From the NCBI GenBank assembly GCA_964016885.1, contig OZ024744.1:27280001-27344000 (forward strand): 64,000 nt of DNA. Reading direction: 5' to 3'. The translations under genes were made by a program, and so were the position numbers. This document shows, in pieces, positions 54,761-64,000 of this stretch. Within the stretch, counting starts at the first letter, position 1. Each line of letters opens with the position of its first letter. The notes beneath the pieces are model-generated. The model made no database searches, was not told the origin of the DNA, and was given only the letters and a program-made list of their open reading frames with translations. This DNA is from Eledone cirrhosa. Taxonomy: Eukaryota.

Positions 54761-55868
54761 GCGTGTGGTGGTAAGAAGGGAGGTAACCTTAGGGCCAGGG
54801 ACACCAGACGTCTCCACTGCTATGTCTAGGCATCTCAGTGCATGTGGTGGTAAGAAGGGGGGTAACCTTAGGGCCAGGGACACCAGAAGTCTTCACTGCT
54901 ACGGCTAGGCATCTCAGTGCATGTGGTGGTAAGGAAGGAGGTAAACCTAGGGCCAGGGACACCAGAAGTCTCCACTGTTACGGCTAGGCATGTCAGTGCA
55001 TGTGGTGGTAAGAAGGGAGGTAACCTTAGGTCCAAGGACACCAGAAGTCTCCACTCTTACGGCTAGGCATCTCACTGCATGTGGTGGTAAGAAGGGAGGT
55101 AACCTTAGGGCCAAGGACACCAGAAGTCTCCACTGTTACGGCTAGGCATGTCAGTGCATGTGGTGGTAAGAAGGGAGGGAACCTTAGGGCCAGAGACACC
55201 AGAAGTCTCCACTGCTACGGCTAGGCATCTCAGTGCATGTGGTGGTAAGAAGGGAGGTAACCTTAGGTCCAGGGACACCAGAAGTTTCCACTGCTACGGC
55301 TAGGCATCTCAGTTCATGTGGTGGTAAGAAGGGAGGTAACCTTAGGGCCAAGGACACCAGAAGTCTCCACTGTTACGGCTAGGCATCTCAGTGCATGTGG
55401 TGGTAAGAATGGAGGTAACCTTAGGGTCAAGGAGACCAGAAGTCTCCACTGCTACGGCTAGGCATCTCAGTGCATGTGGTGGTAAGAAGGCAGGTAACCT
55501 TAGGGCCAGGGACAGCAGAAGTCTCCACTGCTGCAGCTAGGCATCTCAGTGCATGTGGTGGTAAGAAGGGAGGTAATCTTAGGGCCAGGGACACCAGAAG
55601 TCTACACTGTTACGGCTAGGCATATCAGTGCATGTGGTGGTAAGAAAGGAGGTAACCTTAAAGCCAGGGACACCAGAAGACTCCACTGTTACGGCTAGGC
55701 ATCTCAGTGCATGTGGTGGTAAGAAGGGAGGTAACCTTAGGGCCAGGGACACCAGAAGTCTCCACTGTTACGGCTAGGCATCTCACTTCATGTGGTGGTA
55801 ATAAGGGAGGTAACCTTAGGGCCAAGGACACCAGAAGTCTCCACTGTTACGGCTAGGCATCTCAGTGC
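53672..55868 (+). repeat. 1,106-bp (14-monomer) tandem duplication
   Basis: GACGTC...CTATGTCTAGG lies at 53701/54807 and GAATGG at 54301/55407. Confidence 0.9.
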
Positions 55869-56283
55869 ATGTGGTGGTAGGAAGGGAGGTAACCTTAGGG
55901 CCAAGGACACCAGAAGTCTCCACTGTTACGGCTAGGCATGTCAGTTCATGCGGTGGTAAGAAGGGAGGGAACCTTAGGGCCAGGGACACCAGAAGTCTCC
56001 ACTGTTACGGCTAGGCATCTCAGTGCATGTGGTGGTAAGAAGGGAGGTAACCTTAGGGCCAGGGACACCAGAAGTGTCCACTGCTACGGCTAGGCATCTC
56101 AGTGCATGTGGTGGTAAGAAGGGAGGTAACCTTAGGGCCAGGGACACCAGAAGTCTCCAGTGTTACGGCTAGGCATCTCAGTGCATGTGGTGGTAAGAAG
56201 GGAAGGAACCTTAGGGCCAGGGACACCAGAAGTCTCCACTGTTACGGCTAGGCATCTCAGTGCATGTGGTGGTAAGAAGGGAG

Positions 56284-59200
56284 GTAACCTTAGGGCCAGG
56301 GACACCAGAAGTCTCCACTGTTACGGCTAGGCATCTCAGTGCATGTGGTGGTAAGGAGGGAGATAACCTTAGGGCCAAGGACACCAGAAGTCTCCACTGT
56401 TACGGCTAGGCATCTCAGTGCATGTGGTGGTAAGAAGGGAGGTAACCTTAGGGCCAGGGACACCAGAAGTCTCCACTGCTACGGCTCGGCATCTCAGTGC
56501 ATGTGGTTGTAAGAAGGAAGTAACCTTAGGGCCAGGGACACCAGAAGTCTCCACTGTTACGGCTAGGCATCTCAGTGCATGTGGTGGTAAGGAGGGAGGT
56601 AACCTTAGGGCCAGGCACACCAGAAGTCTCCACTGTTACGGCTAGGCATTTCAGTGCATGTGCTGGTAAGAAGGGAAGTAGCCTTAGGGCCAGGGACACC
56701 AGAAGTCTCCACTGTTACGGCTAGGCATCTCAGTGCATGTGGTAGTAAGAAGGGAGGTAACCTTAGGGCCAAGGACACCAGAAGTCTCCACTGTTACGGC
56801 TAGGCATCTCAGTGCATGTGGTGGTAAGAAGGGAGGTAACCTTAGGGCCAGGGACACCAGAAGTCTCCACTGTTACGGCTAGGCATCTCAGTGCATGTGG
56901 TGGTAAGAAGGGAGGTAACCTTAGGGCCAGGCACACCAGAAGTCTCCACTGCTACGGCTAGGCATCTCAGTGCATGTGGTGGTAAGAAAGGAGGGAACCT
57001 TAGTGCCAGGGACACCAGAAGTCTCCACTGTTACGGCTAGGCATGTCAGTGCGTGTGGTGGTAAGGAGGGAGGTAACCTTAGGGCCAAGGACACCAGAAG
57101 TCTCCACTGTTACGGCTAGGCATGTCAGTGCATGTGGTGGTAAGAAGGGAGGTAACCTTAGGGCCAGGGACACCAGAAGTGTCCACTGCTACGGCTAGGC
57201 ATCTCAGTGCATGTGTTGGTAAGAAGGGAGGTGACCTTAGGGCCAGAGACACCAGAAGTCTCCAGTGTTGCGGCTAGGCATCTCAGTGCATGTGGGGGTA
57301 AGAAGGGAGGTAACCTTAGGGCCAAGGACACCAGAAGTCTCCACAGCTACGGCTAGGCATCTCAGTGCATGTGGTAGTAAGAAGGGAGGTAACCTTAGGG
57401 CCAAGGACACCAGAAGTCTCCACTGCTACGGCTAGGCATCTCAGTGCATGTGGTGGTAAGAAGGGAGGTAACCTTAGGGCCAGGGACACCAGAAGTCTCC
57501 ACTGTTACGGCTAGGCATCTCACTTCATGTGGTGGTAAGAAGGGAGGTAACCTTAGGGCCAAGGACACCAGTTGTATCCACTGCTACGGCTAGGCATCTC
57601 AGTGCATGTGGTGGTAAGAAGGGAGGTAACCTTAGAGCCAGGGACACCAGAAGTCTCCACTGTTACGGCTAGGCATGTCAGTGCATGTGGTGGTAAGAAG
57701 GGAGGTGACCTTAGGGCCAGGGACACCAGAAGTCTCCAGTGTTGCGGCTAGGCATCTCAGTGCATGTGGGGGTAAGAAGGGAGGTAACCTTAGGGCCAAG
57801 GACACCAGAAGTCTCCACTGTTACGGCTAGGCATCTCAGTGTATCTGGTGGTAAGAAGGGAGGTAACCTTAGGGCCAGGGACACCAGAAGTCTCCACTGT
57901 TACGGCTAGGCATCTCACTTCATGTGGTGGTAAGAAGGGAGGTAACCTTAGGGCCAAGGACACCAGATGTATCCACTGCTACGGCTAGGCATCTCAGTGC
58001 ATGTGGTGGTAAGAAGGGAGGTAACCTTAGGGCCAGGGACACCAGAAGACTCCACTGTTACGGCCAGGCATCTCAGTGCATGTGGTGGTAAAGAGGGAGG
58101 TAACCTTAGGGCCAGGGACACCAGACGTCTCCACTGCTACGGGTAGGCATCTCAGTGCATGTGGTGGTAAGAAGGGAGGTAACCTTAGGGCCAGGGACAC
58201 CAGAAGTCTCCACTGCTACGGCTAGGCATCTCAGTGCAGGTGGTGGTAAGAAGGGAGGTAAACTTAGGGCCAGGGACACCAGAAGTCTCCACTGTTACGG
58301 CTAGGCATGTCAGTGCATGTGGTGGTAAGAAGGGAGGTAACCTTAGGTCCAAGGACACCAGAAGTCTCCACTGTTACGGCTAGGCATCTCAGTGCATGTG
58401 GTGGTAAGAAGGGAGGTAACCTTAGGGCCAGGCACACCAGAAGTCTCCACTGCTACGGCTAGGCATCTCAGTGCATGTGGTGGTAAGAAGGCAGGTAAAC
58501 TTAGGGCCAGGGACAGCAGAAGTCTCCACTGCTACGGCTAGGCATCTCAGTGCATGTGGTGGTAAAAAGGGAGGTAACCTTAGAGCCAGGGACACCAGAA
58601 GACTCCACTGTTACGGCTAGGCATCTCAGTGCATCTGGTGGTAAGAAGGGAGGTAACCTTAGGGCCAGGGACACCAGAAGTCTCCACTGTTACGGCTAGG
58701 CATCTCACTTCATGTGGTGGTAAGAAGGGAGGTAACCTTAGGGCCAAGGACACCAGATGTATCCACTGCTACGGCTAGGCATCTCAGTGCATGTGGTGGT
58801 AAGAAGGGAGGTAACCTTAGGGCCAGGGACACCAGAAGACTCCACTGTTACGGCCAGGCATCTCAGTGCATGTGGTGGTAAAGAGGGAGGTAAGCTTAGG
58901 GCCAGGGACACCAGAAGTCACCACTGCTACGGCTAGGCATCTCAGTGCATGTGGTGGTAAGGAGGGAGGTAAACTTAGGGCCAGGGACACCAGAAGTCTC
59001 CACTGTTACGGCTAGGCATGTCAGTGCTTGTGGTGGTAAGAAGGGAGGTAACCTTAGGTCCAAGGACACCAGAAGTCTCCACTGTTACGGCTAGGCATCT
59101 CAGTGCATGTGGTGGTAAGATGGGAGGTAACCTTAGGGCCAGGGACACCAGAAGACTCCACTGCTACGGCTAGGCATCTCAGTGCATGTGGTGGTAAGAA

Positions 59201-62200
59201 GGGAGGCAACCTTAGGGCCAAGGACACCAGAAGTCTCCACTGTTACGGCTAGGCATCTCAGTGCATGTGGTGGTAAGAAGGGAGGTAACCTTAGGGCCAG
59301 GGACACCAGAAGTCTCCACTGCTACGGCTCGGCATCTCAGTGCATGTGGTTGTAAGAAGGAAGTAACCTTAGGGCCAGGGACACCAGAAGTCTCCACTGT
59401 TACGGCTAGGCATCTCAGTGCATGTGGTGGTAAGGAGGGAGATAACCTTAGGGCCAAGGACACCAGAAGTCTCCACTGTTACGGCTAGGCATCTCAGTGC
59501 ATGTGGTGGTAAGAAGGGAGGTAACCTTAGGGCCAGGGACACCAGAAGTCTCCACTGCTACGGCTCGGCATCTCAGTGCATGTGGTTGTAAGAAGGAAGT
59601 AACCTTAGGGCCAGGGACACCAGAAGTCTCCACTGTTACGGCTAGGCATCTCAGTGCATGTGGTGGTAAGGAGGGAGGTAACCTTAGGGCCAGGCACACC
59701 AGAAGTCTCCACTGTTACGGCTAGGCATTTCAGTGCATGTGCTGGTAAGAAGGGAAGTAGCCTTAGGGCCAGGGACACCAGAAGTCTCCACTGTTACGGC
59801 TAGGCATCTCAGTGCATGTGGTAGTAAGAAGGGAGGTAACCTTAGGGCCAAGGACACCAGAAGTCTCCACTGTTACGGCTAGGCATCTCAGTGCATGTGG
59901 TGGTAAGAAGGGAGGTAACCTTAGGGCCAGGGACACCAGAAGTCTCCACTGTTACGGCTAGGCATCTCAGTGCATGTGGTGGTAAGAAGGGAGGTAACCT
60001 TAGGGCCAGGCACACCAGAAGTCTCCACTGCTACGGCTAGGCATCTCAGTGCATGTGGTGGTAAGAAAGGAGGGAACCTTAGTGCCAGGGACACCAGAAG
60101 TCTCCACTGTTACGGCTAGGCATGTCAGTGCGTGTGGTGGTAAGGAGGGAGGTAACCTTAGGGCCAAGGACACCAGAAGTCTCCACTGTTACGGCTAGGC
60201 ATGTCAGTGCATGTGGTGGTAAGAAGGGAGGTAACCTTAGGGCCAGGGACACCAGAAGTGTCCACTGCTACGGCTAGGCATCTCAGTGCATGTGTTGGTA
60301 AGAAGGGAGGTGACCTTAGGGCCAGAGACACCAGAAGTCTCCAGTGTTGCGGCTAGGCATCTCAGTGCATGTGGGGGTAAGAAGGGAGGTAACCTTAGGG
60401 CCAAGGACACCAGAAGTCTCCACAGCTACGGCTAGGCATCTCAGTGCATGTGGTAGTAAGAAGGGAGGTAACCTTAGGGCCAAGGACACCAGAAGTCTCC
60501 ACTGCTACGGCTAGGCATCTCAGTGCATGTGGTGGTAAGAAGGGAGGTAACCTTAGGGCCAGGGACACCAGAAGTCTCCACTGTTACGGCTAGGCATCTC
60601 ACTTCATGTGGTGGTAAGAAGGGAGGTAACCTTAGGGCCAAGGACACCAGTTGTATCCACTGCTACGGCTAGGCATCTCAGTGCATGTGGTGGTAAGAAG
60701 GGAGGTAACCTTAGAGCCAGGGACACCAGAAGTCTCCACTGTTACGGCTAGGCATGTCAGTGCATGTGGTGGTAAGAAGGGAGGTGACCTTAGGGCCAGG
60801 GACACCAGAAGTCTCCAGTGTTGCGGCTAGGCATCTCAGTGCATGTGGGGGTAAGAAGGGAGGTAACCTTAGGGCCAAGGACACCAGAAGTCTCCACTGT
60901 TACGGCTAGGCATCTCAGTGTATCTGGTGGTAAGAAGGGAGGTAACCTTAGGGCCAGGGACACCAGAAGTCTCCACTGTTACGGCTAGGCATCTCACTTC
61001 ATGTGGTGGTAAGAAGGGAGGTAACCTTAGGGCCAAGGACACCAGATGTATCCACTGCTACGGCTAGGCATCTCAGTGCATGTGGTGGTAAGAAGGGAGG
61101 TAACCTTAGGGCCAGGGACACCAGAAGACTCCACTGTTACGGCCAGGCATCTCAGTGCATGTGGTGGTAAAGAGGGAGGTAACCTTAGGGCCAGGGACAC
61201 CAGACGTCTCCACTGCTACGGGTAGGCATCTCAGTGCATGTGGTGGTAAGAAGGGAGGTAACCTTAGGGCCAGGGACACCAGAAGTCTCCACTGCTACGG
61301 CTAGGCATCTCAGTGCAGGTGGTGGTAAGAAGGGAGGTAAACTTAGGGCCAGGGACACCAGAAGTCTCCACTGTTACGGCTAGGCATGTCAGTGCATGTG
61401 GTGGTAAGAAGGGAGGTAACCTTAGGTCCAAGGACACCAGAAGTCTCCACTGTTACGGCTAGGCATCTCAGTGCATGTGGTGGTAAGAAGGGAGGTAACC
61501 TTAGGGCCAGGCACACCAGAAGTCTCCACTGCTACGGCTAGGCATCTCAGTGCATGTGGTGGTAAGAAGGCAGGTAAACTTAGGGCCAGGGACAGCAGAA
61601 GTCTCCACTGCTACGGCTAGGCATCTCAGTGCATGTGGTGGTAAAAAGGGAGGTAACCTTAGGGCCAGGGACACCAGAAGTCTACACTGTTACGGCTAGG
61701 CATATCAGTGCATGTGGTGGTAAGAAGGGAGGTAACCTTAGAGCCAGGGACACCAGAAGACTCCACTGTTACGGCTAGGCATCTCAGTGCATCTGGTGGT
61801 AAGAAGGGAGGTAACCTTAGGGCCAGGGACACCAGAAGTCTCCACTGTTACGGCTAGGCATCTCACTTCATGTGGTGGTAAGAAGGGAGGTAACCTTAGG
61901 GCCAAGGACACCAGATGTATCCACTGCTACGGCTAGGCATCTCAGTGCATGTGGTGGTAAGAAGGGAGGTAACCTTAGGGCCAGGGACACCAGAAGACTC
62001 CACTGTTACGGCCAGGCATCTCAGTGCATGTGGTGGTAAAGAGGGAGGTAAGCTTAGGGCCAGGGACACCAGAAGTCACCACTGCTACGGCTAGGCATCT
62101 CAGTGCATGTGGTGGTAAGGAGGGAGGTAAACTTAGGGCCAGGGACACCAGAAGTCTCCACTGTTACGGCTAGGCATGTCAGTGCTTGTGGTGGTAAGAA

Positions 62201-62414
62201 GGGAGGTAACCTTAGGTCCAAGGACACCAGAAGTCTCCACTGTTACGGCTAGGCATCTCAGTGCATGTGGTGGTAAGATGGGAGGTAACCTTAGGGCCAG
62301 GGACACCAGAAGACTCCACTGCTACGGCTAGGCATCTCAGTGCATGTGGTGGTAAGAAGGGAGGCAACCTTAGGGCCAAGGACACCAGAAGTCTCCACTG
62401 TTACGGCTAGGCAT
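56284..62414 (+). repeat. 39/40-monomer tandem duplication (offset 3,079, then 3,158 after a one-monomer indel)
   Basis: The ORF pair 56369/59448 is 3,079 apart. AAGCTT lies at 58892/62050, 3,158 apart. An extra monomer occupies ~61662-61740. The copies diverge at 59257 c vs 62415 g. Confidence 0.9.
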
Positions 62415-64000
62415 GTCAGTGCATGTGGTGGTAAGAAGGGAGGGAACCTTAGGGCCAGAGACACCAGAAGTCTCCACTGTTACGGCTAGGCATCTCAGTG
62501 CATGTGGTGGTAAGAAGGGAGGGAACCTTAGGGCCAGGCACACCAGAAGTCTCCACTGCTACGGCTAGGCATCTCAGTGCATGTGGTGGTAAGAAAGGAG
62601 GTAACCTTAGGGCCAGGAAAACCAGAAGTCTCCACTGTTACGGCTTGGCATGTCAGTGCATGTGGTGGTAAGGAGGGAGGTAACCTTAGGGCCAAGGATA
62701 CCAGAAGTCTCCACTGTTACGGCTAGGCATGTCAGTGCATTTGGTGGTAAGAAGGGAGGTAACCTTAGGGCCAGGGACACCAGAAGTCTCCACTGTTACG
62801 GCTAGGCATCTCACTTCATGTGGTGGTAAGAAGGGAGGTAACCTTAGGGCCAGGGTCACCAGAAGTGTCCACTTCTACGGCTAGGCATCTCAGTGCATGT
62901 GGTGGTAAGAAGGGAGGTAACCTTAGGGCCAGGGACACCAGAAGTCTCCAGTGTTACGGCTAGGCATCTCAGTGCATGTGGTGGTAAGAAGGGAGGTAAC
63001 CTTAGGGCCAAGGAGACCAGAAGTATCCACAGCTACGGCTAGGCATCTCAGTGCATGTGGTGGTAAGAAGGGAGGCAACCTTAGGGCCAAGGACACCAGA
63101 AGACTCCACTGTTACGGCTAGGCATCTCAGTGCATGTGGTGGTAAGAAGGGAGGTAACCTTAGGGCCAGGGACACCAGACGTCTCCACTGCTACGGCTAG
63201 GCATCTCAGTGCATGTGGTAGTAAGAAGGGAGGTAACCTTAGGGCCAGGGACACCAAAAGTCTCCACTGCTACGGCTAGGCATCTCAGTGCATGTGGTGG
63301 TAAGAAGGGAGGTAAACTTAGGGCCAGGGACACCAGAAGTCTCCACCGTTACGGCTAGGCATGTCAGTGCATGTGGTGGTAAGAAGGGAGGTAACCTTAG
63401 GTCCAAGGACACCAGAAGTCTCCACTGTTACGGCTAGGCATCTCAGTGCATGTGGTGGTAAGGAGGGAGGTAACCTTAGGGCCAGGGACACCAGAAGACT
63501 CCACTGCTACGGCTAGGCATCTCAGTGCATGTGGTGGTAAGAAGGAGGTAACCTTAGGGCCAAGGACACCAGAAGTCTCCACTGTTACGGCTAGGCATCT
63601 CAGTGCATGTGGTGGTAAGAAGGGAGGTAACCTTAGGGTCAAGGACACCAGAAGTCTCCACTACTACGGCTAGGCATCTCAGTGCATGTGGTGGTAAGAA
63701 GGCAGGTAACCTTAGGGCCAGGGACAGCAGAAGTCTCCACTGCTACGGCTAGGCATCTCAGTGCATGTGGCGGTAAAAAGGGAGGTAAACTTAGGGCCAG
63801 GGACACCAGAAGTCTACACTGTTACGGCTAGGCATATCAATGCATGTGGTGGTAAGAAGGGAGGTAATCTTAGGGCCAGCGACACCAGAAGTCTCCAGTG
63901 TTACGGCTAGGCATCTCAGTGCATGTGGTGGTAAGAAGGGAGGTAACCTTAGGGCCAAGGAGACCAGAAGTCTCCACAGCTACGGCTAGGCATCTCAGTG

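Larger units (their letters stand above)
1..64000 (+). repeat. 79-bp tandem satellite array (810 monomers plus a partial one, single orientation); extends beyond both window ends
   Basis: AAGTCTCCAC recurs at 1, 80, 159 and so on to 63968. 63967 = 810x79 - 23, which matches the 23 single-base deletions I counted. I saw no non-satellite sequence and no inversion. Confidence 0.99.

Noticed and set aside
5084-63673. All 60-83 aa ORFs in the track (MSLALRLPPF..., MHVVVRREVT...)
   Set aside because: They are translations of the satellite. 79 is not a multiple of 3 and each monomer has stop codons on both strands. ORFs pass 60 aa only where a variant or 1-bp deletion removes a stop. I used them only as duplication markers.
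1-64000. CRISPR array or other repeat-spacer system
   Set aside because: There are no unique spacers. The entire 79 bp is repeated, and no cas or other genes are present.
1-64000. C2H2 zinc-finger (PRDM9-like) coding minisatellite
   Set aside because: Those units are 84 bp and in frame, with CxxC...HxxxH and TGEKP linkers. None of this is present.
1-64000. Strict A/B dimer (158-bp) or ~40-bp half-monomer substructure
   Set aside because: The GCT/GTT and CCAGG/CCAAG dimorphisms do not alternate regularly, and the halves share only short motifs (TAGG, AGAAG).
1-64000. True or interstitial telomere repeat tract
   Set aside because: TTAGGG never occurs in tandem; there is at most one copy per monomer.

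Overview
The whole 64,000-bp window is one uninterrupted, head-to-tail satellite array of a 79-bp monomer, all in the same orientation. Consensus: AAGTCTCCACTGYTACGGCTAGGCATCTCAGTGCATGTGGTGGTAAGAAGGGAGGTAACCTTAGGGCCARGGACACCAG, about 54% GC with a G-rich + strand. It holds 810 full monomers plus 33 bp. I see no genes, RNA genes, transposons, CRISPR spacers or unique sequence, and every ORF in the track is a by-product of the repeat. The informative structure lies in the variant monomers, which show nested higher-order duplications. These are a seemingly perfect 16,110-bp (204-monomer) tandem duplication with a breakpoint mappable to 5 bp, a 3,317-bp 42-mer in about 2.85 copies, and 35-mer, 39/40-mer, 20/21-mer, 26-mer, 14-mer, 10-mer and smaller duplications. 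They overlie an older conserved order of variant monomers of roughly 19-22 units. The right-hand ~15 kb is more diverged than the left. This looks like eukaryotic heterochromatic (centromeric, pericentromeric or subtelomeric) satellite. I do not recognise the family or the organism, and I found no protein-coding system. All comparisons were made by eye using marker variants and the ORF-track offsets, not by alignment.
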